Translations under genes and position numbers: made by a program
Shown: positions 37,750 through 45,963 of the stretch, piece by piece
Layout: each line of letters starts with the position of its first letter
Position numbering within the stretch: the first letter of the stretch is position 1
Assembly: GCA_043821585.1 (NCBI GenBank)
Contig: JBDRCQ010000009.1
Location: 8,189-72,188 of the forward strand
DNA: 64,000 bases
Origin: an archaeon
Lineage (GTDB): Archaea; Nanobdellota; Nanobdellia; Pacearchaeales; GW2011-AR1
Direction of reading: 5' to 3'
Notes under the pieces: model-generated
Databases searched by the model: none
Told to the model about the DNA's origin: nothing
The model's input: the letters and a program-made list of their open reading frames with translations, nothing else

Positions 37750-38286
37750 ATGAGAAATAAAGCGCAAGTTTGGATAGAAACAGTTTTGTATACTCTGATG
37801 GGTTTGGCCCTGATCGGGATTATCCTTGCGATCGCGACCCCCAAGATAAATGAATCAAGAGATAGAATTTTAGTTGAACAAACAATAGAATCGCTCAATG
37901 TCTGGGACGATCGTGTTGGGGAACTAATTGATCGTGGTCAGGGGAATGTTAGGAATATTCCGGCATTTACTATGAAGAGAGGGTATTTGGTTATTAACTC
38001 TACTAGCGATGAAATAATCTTTGTTATAGATGGCTTAAGTAGCCTTTATTCTGAGGCAGGTTATGAGATTAGGGAAGGAAACATCGCCCTGACTTCTTAC
38101 CAAACTGAAAGATCTGCTTACACAGTTTTGGTTTTAAGCTATCAGAATGTTACTAATTTGACCTATGGTGGTGTTGATGAGGACAGAAAATTTACAGCTG
38201 CTTCGACGCCTTATGCGTTCTCTATAAAGAATTTGGGCGGACAAGAGGTCACACAAATAGATATCGAGGAAACATCAAGGAGATAG
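37750..38286 (+). CDS. pilin-like protein (class III signal, A|Q type)
   Basis: MRNKA|QVWIETVLYTLMGLALIGIILAIA. Confidence 0.75.
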   Translation: MRNKAQVWIETVLYTLMGLALIGIILAIATPKINESRDRILVEQTIESLNVWDDRVGELIDRGQGNVRNIPAFTMKRGYLVINSTSDEIIFVIDGLSSLYSEAGYEIREGNIALTSYQTERSAYTVLVLSYQNVTNLTYGGVDEDRKFTAASTPYAFSIKNLGGQEVTQIDIEETSRR

Positions 38287-38316
38287 TTTTAAATAAATAG
38301 TTCGTGTTTTCTTCTC

Positions 38317-39843
38317 ATGGTCGAGAAGATCAATTTGAATCCGGCAGTTCCGCCGATTCCACGGTTTCATGACAAAAGAAGTGTTGACGTAAGGTATATG
38401 TTGATTGCGCCTTACGCATCTGCGCATATTTTTTGGGATAACAAAATCAACGAGTTGGTTTACGAGCTGGAAGAGCCTCTGCTCTCCGAGGAAGAAAAAG
38501 CAGTACTTATTAGGATTGAGGAGGCGATGCTTGAGTTGATTAATGTGAATGTTGCTGTTGAGAACACTTTGGAGGCTACCACAAGTTACATAGACAAAAC
38601 CGCGAGATTGTTGATTGATGAGTTAAACATTAAGATAACTTCGGATAGTTATAGAAAACTCTTTTATTATTTGTTCCGGGATTTTATAGGATTAAATGAG
38701 ATTGATCCACTTTTGAGAGATTATTTTATAGAGGATATTGAATGCAATGGCGTGAACACTCCGATTTTTATTGTACATAGAGTTTTCAGAAATCTTAGGA
38801 CCAATATTGTGTATAGGGATTTTGAGAAAAGCGCTAGTTTCATTGAAAAGTTGGCACAGAGGACGGGGAGATATGTTTCTTATGCGCAACCTTTATTAGA
38901 TGGGACTTTGCCAGATGGATCTAGGGTCAACGCCACTTACACAAAAGATGTGTCTTCGCGCGGTCCAACCTTCACAATAAGAAAGTTCACAAAGATCCCG
39001 TGGACCCCTACGCAGTTAATCGCAATGAACACAATCTCTCCCGAGATGCTCGCCTATTTTTGGATATTAATCGAGAATAAAGCAAACCTCTTGGTTACGG
39101 GTGGGACTGCTTCTGGTAAAACTACTTTGTTGAATGCCCTTGCATTTTTCATTCCACCTGAAGCAAGAGTCGTTTCTATCGAGGATACAAGGGAGATTAA
39201 TCTCCCCAGGGAAAACTGGCTGCCATCTGTTTCTAGGACATCTATTGGAATTGGCAAGGTTGGCGAGATTGATTTATTCCAGATTCTTAAAAGCTCGTTT
39301 AGACAGAATCCTGACTACATTATAGTGGGTGAAGTTAGGGGCAAAGAAGCGTTTGTGTTGTTCCAAGGAATGGCTTCCGGACACGCGTCGATTAGTACTA
39401 TGCACGCCGACTCTGTGGATACGCTGATTAGAAGGTTGCAGACACCTCCAATTAATCTTTCTCCCACTCTTGTCAACTCATTGGATTGTGTTGTTGTCGC
39501 AACTCATGCGAGAGTTGGAAAGCAAGACACTAGAAAAGTTAGAGAGATAGTAGAAGTGGTGAATGTAGATAAAGATGGAACGGCCATTGTGAACACCCCT
39601 TTCAAATGGGATGCTTCAAAAGATATTTTTTACTCCAAGAAGCAGAGCAAGGCCTTTGAGAAAATTGCAATGAGGACGGGCACACCGATAGAGAAGCTTT
39701 ACAAAGACATGATAACAAGAGCAAGATTGCTTTATACGCTTTACAGAAAGGGGATTTTTGACTTCGACCAGGTGGGTTGGATTGTTAATGACTTCCATAA
39801 AAACCCTGTGGGCGTACTTCAGAGGTATAATATCCAAGAGTAA
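38317..39843 (+). CDS. type II/IV secretion ATPase (TadA/VirB11/FlaI family)
   Basis: Walker A GGTASGKTT, SIEDTREI, RQNPDYIIVGEVRG, GH..STMHA. Confidence 0.95.
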   Translation: MVEKINLNPAVPPIPRFHDKRSVDVRYMLIAPYASAHIFWDNKINELVYELEEPLLSEEEKAVLIRIEEAMLELINVNVAVENTLEATTSYIDKTARLLIDELNIKITSDSYRKLFYYLFRDFIGLNEIDPLLRDYFIEDIECNGVNTPIFIVHRVFRNLRTNIVYRDFEKSASFIEKLAQRTGRYVSYAQPLLDGTLPDGSRVNATYTKDVSSRGPTFTIRKFTKIPWTPTQLIAMNTISPEMLAYFWILIENKANLLVTGGTASGKTTLLNALAFFIPPEARVVSIEDTREINLPRENWLPSVSRTSIGIGKVGEIDLFQILKSSFRQNPDYIIVGEVRGKEAFVLFQGMASGHASISTMHADSVDTLIRRLQTPPINLSPTLVNSLDCVVVATHARVGKQDTRKVREIVEVVNVDKDGTAIVNTPFKWDASKDIFYSKKQSKAFEKIAMRTGTPIEKLYKDMITRARLLYTLYRKGIFDFDQVGWIVNDFHKNPVGVLQRYNIQE

Positions 39844-39880
39844 TTGAAAACTATTTAAACGTTATTCGGCTTCTTAGCTT

Positions 39881-40042
39881 ATGAAAAATGAGGATGTGAT
39901 GGTTCTAGCGCAGCTTTTGGCTGCGATGAAAGATGCTGCTGAAAAATTAGGGATTTCAGAAAGGAAGAAGGATGCAGAAGGATTGGCTTCTGCCAAAAGA
40001 GAAATTTTGACTTTTCAGCAACAGATAAAGGAAATGCTATGA
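39881..40042 (+). CDS. 53-aa hypothetical coiled-coil protein (below ORF-track cutoff)
   Basis: MKNEDVMVLAQLLAAMKDAAEKLGISERKKDAEGLASAKREILTFQQQIKEML; TATTTAAA upstream; ATGA overlap with the next gene. Confidence 0.6.
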   Translation: MKNEDVMVLAQLLAAMKDAAEKLGISERKKDAEGLASAKREILTFQQQIKEML

Positions 40043-41334
40043 TAGATGAACTAAAGAAGAACATTGATACAGAGGTTGATATTTTAAGAGAGATTGCAAG
40101 TTATATCGGGCGATACGAGTCTGCTCAAGATGATGAAAGAAAGCTCCTTGAAGGAGCAATAAATTCTCTTGTCGAAGGTATGAGAATAATCAATGATAAT
40201 ATTCCTGAGCTTTTGAGAGACATAACTGTGGCGCAGAAGCTTTCTAACAAGAAAGATAAAAAGTTGGAACTGATAAAATACAAAGGGGTTGATTCTGGCG
40301 TTGAAGTTGTCTTGCACTCAAAAGATAAATCTCGATTTATCCGAGAGTTAAACATTAGCGATAGATTTATTAAAAAGTTGAAGGTTAAGGACAGGGAAGA
40401 GAAGGATAAGTACAGTGAGTTTAAAGCATCTAGGGGATATTTGAAACTAGCGAACAAACTTTTCTTATCTTCTGCTAGAAAGGCAGTTAGGAGTGGTGCA
40501 TTCAAGGATTTGGGGATCAGTTTACGCAAGGCAAATATGGACATGCTTTTTGAGTCGTATGTCGCAATGACCTATCTCACGGTATTGCTTTCGTTTGTGC
40601 TTGCATTTTTTGTTGGGCTCTTTTTTGTCTTCTTTAGCACTGCTTTAGTCTGGCCTTTTTTTGAATTGAGGGCAGAAGGACAAATTGCAATGCTCGGCAA
40701 GCTTTTCTGGATACCCCTTGCAGTTCCGCTCCTAACATTTTTAGCACTTTACTTCTATCCAAGTACTGAGAAACAATCGATTGGAGGGCGGATAGACCAA
40801 GAGCTCCCTTTTGCAGTTATTCACATGAGCGCGATCACTGGTTCAGGCATTGCGCCGAGCGAAATATTTAGAATCATTGGACTTAGTAAGGAATATCCAT
40901 TTCTAAGAAAGGAGGTTAGAAAGGTTCTAAATCAAATTAATTTGTATGGTTATGATTTAACCACTGCACTCGGGAATGCTGCAAAAACTGCGCCGAGCGA
41001 TAAACTTGCTGAACTTTTTTCAGGTCTTGCCACAAGCATAACCTCTGGGGCTAATCTTTCCGAGTTTTTTGAGAAAAGGGCCGAGACGCTTCTCCTTTCG
41101 TATAGGTTGGAAAGAGAGAAATACACAAAACTTGTAGAGATATTCCTTGATATTTACATAAGCATAGTTATAGCTGCGCCGATGGTATTTTTGCTCTTGA
41201 TCATAATGATGGCCATTTCAGGAACAAGTGTGGGCTTCGGCCCTACTCAGATAAGCATCTTAGCAGTCTCAATAATTTCTGTCCTTAACGTAGTTTTCCT
41301 AGTGTTCCTTCAGATGAGGCAACCCGCATACTAA
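40039..41334 (+). CDS. type II secretion system F / TadB-TadC-like pilus platform protein
   Basis: LRKANM, IDQELPFAVIHMSAI, GYDLTTAL, SGANLSEFF; multiple TMs. Confidence 0.9.
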   Translation: MIDELKKNIDTEVDILREIASYIGRYESAQDDERKLLEGAINSLVEGMRIINDNIPELLRDITVAQKLSNKKDKKLELIKYKGVDSGVEVVLHSKDKSRFIRELNISDRFIKKLKVKDREEKDKYSEFKASRGYLKLANKLFLSSARKAVRSGAFKDLGISLRKANMDMLFESYVAMTYLTVLLSFVLAFFVGLFFVFFSTALVWPFFELRAEGQIAMLGKLFWIPLAVPLLTFLALYFYPSTEKQSIGGRIDQELPFAVIHMSAITGSGIAPSEIFRIIGLSKEYPFLRKEVRKVLNQINLYGYDLTTALGNAAKTAPSDKLAELFSGLATSITSGANLSEFFEKRAETLLLSYRLEREKYTKLVEIFLDIYISIVIAAPMVFLLLIIMMAISGTSVGFGPTQISILAVSIISVLNVVFLVFLQMRQPAY

Positions 41335-41335
41335 A

Positions 41336-42217
41336 ATGAAATTTAAAAAAATGCATTGGTTTGGAATTATTGCAGGAGTAGTAATAATTGCCTTGGATTT
41401 CGTTTTCTTCCACTCAAACGGGCAGATGCTTTATTTCCTCATTGGAATCTCACTAGGGGTTGTTGTCCTGCCGTTTATAACAGGAATTGTAATTGAGGGC
41501 GGTAGGTCGGACAAGATAAATGAGATGTTTTTGGAGTTCACCAGAAACCTTGCAGAAACTGTTTCTACAGGTACTCCGGTTAGCAAGGGGATCATAAACA
41601 TGAGGAAGAAAGACTTTGACGTTCTTAATCCGCACATTGAGAAGTTGGCTAACCAGATCGAATTGGGAATTCCTGTGAGCGAGGCCTTCCAAACGTTTTC
41701 AAGAGAGGTAGACAGTCAGGTCGTTAAGAGGGCGATTGCTCTGATTAAGGAAGCTGAGAAAGCTGGAGGCGACATAGACTACATTTTAGATTCTACTGCG
41801 AAGTCGATTGCAGAAGTAGAAAAGCTCAAGAAGGAGAGGAAGTCTGCAATTTATGGGTTAGTTGTTCAGGGATACATTATCTTCTTCATTTTTATTGGGA
41901 TCATCTTGGTTATGGAGTTTAAAATCATCCCATTAACTGCAGGGGTTGGTGGGTTTGGTGGTGGCAGCGCGGCGGAGGATCTTGGAGGGTTTGGGCTTTT
42001 TGGCGGAGGGGGCGGTGGTGAAACGATAGACCCTGAGGAATTCACCAAGCCTTTCCTTTATCTCCTATTAGCACAAGGGTTTTTCATAGGATTAGTAATT
42101 GGAAAGCTGACTGAGGGCAGTGTTAAGAGTGGGTTGAAACATTCGTTTATCCTGGTGATTACCGCGTTTCTTATTTCTAGCGGTTCTAAGTTGTTTGTTG
42201 GTACAGGTGCGACTTAG
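41336..42217 (+). CDS. type II secretion system F / TadC-like pilus platform protein
   Basis: FLEFTRNLAE..GTP, ELGIPVSEAF, AEKAGG, GKLTEGSVKSGLKH. Confidence 0.9.
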   Translation: MKFKKMHWFGIIAGVVIIALDFVFFHSNGQMLYFLIGISLGVVVLPFITGIVIEGGRSDKINEMFLEFTRNLAETVSTGTPVSKGIINMRKKDFDVLNPHIEKLANQIELGIPVSEAFQTFSREVDSQVVKRAIALIKEAEKAGGDIDYILDSTAKSIAEVEKLKKERKSAIYGLVVQGYIIFFIFIGIILVMEFKIIPLTAGVGGFGGGSAAEDLGGFGLFGGGGGGETIDPEEFTKPFLYLLLAQGFFIGLVIGKLTEGSVKSGLKHSFILVITAFLISSGSKLFVGTGAT

Positions 42218-42981
42218 TTTTTTGTTATGATGTAAAAGAACTCGTTTTCAGATTCAATTGTTTCGAAGGGCAATCTTTTTCTGTTCAGAAGATTTTCGAA
42301 CCAAAACCTCCTGGGGAAGTTCATCTTTTTCCCAGACAATTTTCTTGTGGAGAAACTTACGATTAGTATTTTGGACTGAATCTTGTCTAGAAGGTCTCCT
42401 GAGATCTTGTGATTTGGGTCTATAACGTCTAGAACTTTTAAGATAAGACAGACATCTGTTTTTGGGAGTTCTTGTTTTAGATTCTGAAGATCTGCAACGA
42501 AGGTTTTTCCTTTTATTTTCTTCGAGTTGAAAAAATCAGAGATTATATTAAGATCGCCTTCGTTTATGTCTGAGGCAAAGTATTCTACTTGCTTAGATGC
42601 TATTGCTATGGGATTTAATCCGCAGCCAAGATCTAAAATAGATCTTGGGTCAATCTGTTTTAGCAGCCTTTTGAATTCTGGATAAAAAGCGAGTCGTTCG
42701 GATGTTGAAGAGTGGGTTTTTAGAAGGTCCTCAAGTTCTCCTGAGGAGAGAAGAGATTTTTTATTTTTTATGCTCTTTTGGAACCTCCCCACTAAAAGCC
42801 TTAGGCCAGAACGGATTTCCTTGAGAATTATTTTTCTTTCTTTCTCTGAAGTTTTTGAGAAGTTTATATTATTCTTTTTTAGATAATTGTTTAGACAATC
42901 TGTTACAACAGAGTCTGCCAAACCCTGAAGTTCTTTTTTTGATTTTATCTTTTTTAGAAAATCGGATTTTAATTCGGCCAT
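42214..42981 (-). CDS. ArmA/Rmt/FmrO-like SAM-dependent 16S rRNA (m7G1405) methyltransferase
   Basis: HSSTSERL, ILDLGCGLNP, YFASDI, DVCLILKVL, IVSFSTRKLSGK match the family motif order. Confidence 0.78.
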   Translation of the reverse strand: MAELKSDFLKKIKSKKELQGLADSVVTDCLNNYLKKNNINFSKTSEKERKIILKEIRSGLRLLVGRFQKSIKNKKSLLSSGELEDLLKTHSSTSERLAFYPEFKRLLKQIDPRSILDLGCGLNPIAIASKQVEYFASDINEGDLNIISDFFNSKKIKGKTFVADLQNLKQELPKTDVCLILKVLDVIDPNHKISGDLLDKIQSKILIVSFSTRKLSGKKMNFPRRFWFENLLNRKRLPFETIESENEFFYIITKN

Positions 42982-43000
42982 TAGTAAAAATGTGGGAAAA

Positions 43001-43010
43001 CCTATATAAA
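43001..43010 (+). promoter_or_regulatory. TATA box with upstream BRE-like purines for the second pilin/adhesin block (leaderless mRNA)
   Basis: GGGAAAACCTATATAAAT about 22 nt upstream of the ATG at 43032. Confidence 0.55.
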
Positions 43011-43031
43011 TCTAGTTAGCGCTGTTTTGCT

Positions 43032-43751
43032 ATGGAAAAGAGAGGAATAAGCCACATAGAAGTTATTTTGGCTTTTGTGATATTTATCGCGGCTGTTGGT
43101 TTTGGTTTGTATTTTTTTAATACGGGGGATAGCGACAGGGTAGTTGATGCGACATTAACCTACGCGTTCAGAGAGATAGAGGGAAATACCACTACTTCTG
43201 TTGAAGTTTATTCTGTAGACTTGAACAAGACAAGTATCTTGCCAGGGACATCGGTTATTGCGCTAAATTTCTCCGGTGTTGAAGGCATGTCGCAAGCGGT
43301 TAATTATTCTGGAAATAGGTTGAACTCTTCGCGTGGCGGCTCTGATGGAGAGTTAGTTTTTGTCTTTTCAGAAGATTGGGCAAATGAAGAGTTTCTTTTT
43401 GTGATGTTTGGGGAGGAATTTTATGACGATTCAGTTTCTGCTGTTGAACATAATGAGACATATTATAGAATTGGTTCTTCGGAAGTTAGGAAACTTATTT
43501 CAGAGAAGAGGTTTGTTGAATTGAATGACTCTTATTACTCTAATTACGGAGAACTTAAGAAACAAGAAAATTTCAATATTCCTGATCGGGCAGATTTTGG
43601 ATTCTCGTTGGTCTTTGAAGAGGGTGATGCAATTGTGGCTGAAAGGGAAATTCCAGATGGTTTTGAAGTGTTCTCTGAAAGAAAAAGGGTTGAAGTTTTA
43701 AGAACAAATAATGAAGTTGTCTTTGCCGATCTTATTGTGAAAGTATGGTAA
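43032..43751 (+). CDS. minor pilin-like protein (class III signal)
   Basis: MEKRG|ISHIEVILAFVIFIAAVGFGLYFF with E+5. Confidence 0.75.
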   Translation: MEKRGISHIEVILAFVIFIAAVGFGLYFFNTGDSDRVVDATLTYAFREIEGNTTTSVEVYSVDLNKTSILPGTSVIALNFSGVEGMSQAVNYSGNRLNSSRGGSDGELVFVFSEDWANEEFLFVMFGEEFYDDSVSAVEHNETYYRIGSSEVRKLISEKRFVELNDSYYSNYGELKKQENFNIPDRADFGFSLVFEEGDAIVAEREIPDGFEVFSERKRVEVLRTNNEVVFADLIVKVW

Positions 43752-44170
43752 ATAAAAGAGGTTTTATGAGGGTAATTGAAGCAACTATTGCTGCGATACT
43801 TATCCTTGCGACTTTAGTTTTTTTGTCCGCACAGAGACCGGTTTATGATAATAGAGATGTTGGGTTGGTCTTGCCTAGTTTGTTGGATGAGGTTGCTAGG
43901 AATTTGACATTTAGAGAGGATGTTGCTGAAAACAAAGATGAGGAGGTAATTGAGGGTTTTGTTGAAGCCTCTTTGAAAGAGAGGCTTCAAAGCCCAGTGC
44001 TTAATTTGTCTGTCGAGATTTGTAATGTTACCGAAGTTTGTTTTCTTGAACCCTACCCCGATACGGATGAAGATATCTTTTCTTCGGAAAGAGTCATAAG
44101 TGGAAGTATAAAAAATGAGACTTTTGAGCCTAAAAAGGTTAAGGTCTTTATGTGGAGAAATAGTATTTAG
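43745..44170 (+). CDS. minor pilin-like protein (class III signal)
   Basis: MVNKRG|FMRVIEATIAAILILATLVFL. Confidence 0.72.
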   Translation: MVNKRGFMRVIEATIAAILILATLVFLSAQRPVYDNRDVGLVLPSLLDEVARNLTFREDVAENKDEEVIEGFVEASLKERLQSPVLNLSVEICNVTEVCFLEPYPDTDEDIFSSERVISGSIKNETFEPKKVKVFMWRNSI

Positions 44171-44211
44171 GACCTAATAACCTTTATAAAGTTCGTTTCT
44201 TTTAGAAAAAG

Positions 44212-45963
44212 ATGAGGAGAGGTTACGTTTATCTTTTGTTTTTTGCCTTGGCTGCGCTTGTTTTGATTGCGAAGGGGGCAATTGCGGGCGATTTTGGGGA
44301 CTGTAGTCCTGATCAAGAGCTTTTTTCTATTTCCACTAATTTTAATGCACATGGTGAGGCGCACGATCAGAATCAGTATGATATAAGACTTTGTTTTGAT
44401 GATTTTTTCAAGGATTATTATAGGCCGCCTGTCGGGGTGGGGGCTCATGATTGTGTTGACTATGTGACGTATGATAATTCTTTTATCAGACTGTCTGGAC
44501 AGACTGATGCTCACGCAGAAAGTCCTGCGTTGAGTACGCCAGGTTATGTGGACAATATATGCTATGGAAACCTTCAGTGTTTTCTTGCTGGCGTGGGAGA
44601 GGATTGTAATGAGTCTATGCCTTTAGGTAGCGCCCAGTACTCTTTGATTGTTTCTCTTAGCGGCGTGACAGATGCTCACCTAGGATTGGCAAATTATTAT
44701 GATTATGCGCTGTGTTGTAGGGCTGAGAATTATGAACCGATTTGTGACTATGATGGATTATGTGAGCCCCCTGAAACTCCGATGAATTGCCCAGATTGCG
44801 AGTCTGAGTGTGGGGATGGGTTGGTGGAGGGATTTGAAGAATGTGACCCGGGACCTCCTCTTAATTTGACAGATCATGATTGTACAAATTACGATAGCGA
44901 TAGTCCTTATGTTGGGGGAACTCTTGATTGCTATCCGAGGGGCCATCCGAATGAGTGCACATATAACATTACTTCTTGCGATCCTTCTGAGTGTAGTGAT
45001 GGGGAGGATAATGATTTGGATGAAGCCACAGATTACCCTGCCGACTTTTCATGCTCAGGTCCTGAAGATAATGACGAGTCAGAACCAAAGGCTGCTTGTC
45101 AAGATGGTGATGATAATGATTTAGATGGGAATTGCGATTTCGACGGTGCTGTAGGTATGCTTGGATGCAGCGGGTTGCCTGATAGTGGATGTACTAGTTT
45201 CCAAGACGATGATGAAACGAACTGTGGGGATGGGTTAGTTGAAACGGGGGAGCAATGTGACTGTGGCACTCCGGGCCTGGCTTGTAATTGGACAGAGGTT
45301 GCGCCTTCAGGAGTAGACAGCACGTGTGAGGATATTGATTCAGATTATTGGGGCGGTACGCTTGGATGCGATGCATCTTGTAGTTATGTTTTTGATGATT
45401 GCGAAGGCTATCCAGGTTTCTGTGAAGCAGAACAGCCTTTTTACTTTGAGGATGACTCTGGGGCATTATTGTCCCCTAGCAGCTGTGATGATTACAACAG
45501 AGTTTATGAGGGTCTTGATTCATTTAATAACACGCGGAGAAAAGAGCTTTGTGTGAATGATTGTGTTCCTGGAGCATCGGATCCTGCGAATAATGGTTAT
45601 GGTGGAGGCGCCTTAGTCGATTGGGGTTGTGCTTATGATGAAGGTACTTCTGGGAGTTATGATGGGGAATGTTATTTCTATTTTAATTCTACGACTAATC
45701 CAAACTCGCAATGCAGGGTAGATTATGACATTTTAAGTGATTGCGGGCCAGACAATCCGTTCAGGAGAGTTAATGTAACTTCTAGTACAATCCCTCCTGG
45801 GATGGGTTGGGATTGCACTGCGTGTAGTGGTGGCGAGTCGAGCTGTGAGACTGAAATAATGTGCCCTCGGGTGATTCAACTTCCATTAATCGGCGCATTT
45901 GGAATTGCGTTGGCCGTGATTGTAATCACCCTTGTTTACGTTTATCTGAAGAGAAAAAAATGA
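44212..45963 (+). CDS. membrane-anchored Cys/Asp-rich surface protein
   Basis: Signal peptide, three (N/D)AH repeats, CGDG..E.CD repeats, CxDGxDNDLD Ca-binding-like motifs, C-terminal TM plus KRKK. Confidence 0.8.
   Translation: MRRGYVYLLFFALAALVLIAKGAIAGDFGDCSPDQELFSISTNFNAHGEAHDQNQYDIRLCFDDFFKDYYRPPVGVGAHDCVDYVTYDNSFIRLSGQTDAHAESPALSTPGYVDNICYGNLQCFLAGVGEDCNESMPLGSAQYSLIVSLSGVTDAHLGLANYYDYALCCRAENYEPICDYDGLCEPPETPMNCPDCESECGDGLVEGFEECDPGPPLNLTDHDCTNYDSDSPYVGGTLDCYPRGHPNECTYNITSCDPSECSDGEDNDLDEATDYPADFSCSGPEDNDESEPKAACQDGDDNDLDGNCDFDGAVGMLGCSGLPDSGCTSFQDDDETNCGDGLVETGEQCDCGTPGLACNWTEVAPSGVDSTCEDIDSDYWGGTLGCDASCSYVFDDCEGYPGFCEAEQPFYFEDDSGALLSPSSCDDYNRVYEGLDSFNNTRRKELCVNDCVPGASDPANNGYGGGALVDWGCAYDEGTSGSYDGECYFYFNSTTNPNSQCRVDYDILSDCGPDNPFRRVNVTSSTIPPGMGWDCTACSGGESSCETEIMCPRVIQLPLIGAFGIALAVIVITLVYVYLKRKK

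Noticed and set aside
36724-42217. Archaellum (motility) operon
   Set aside because: No FlaH, FlaF/G or archaellin-type GIGTLIxFIA N-termini; two separate TadB/C genes fit an adhesive pilus
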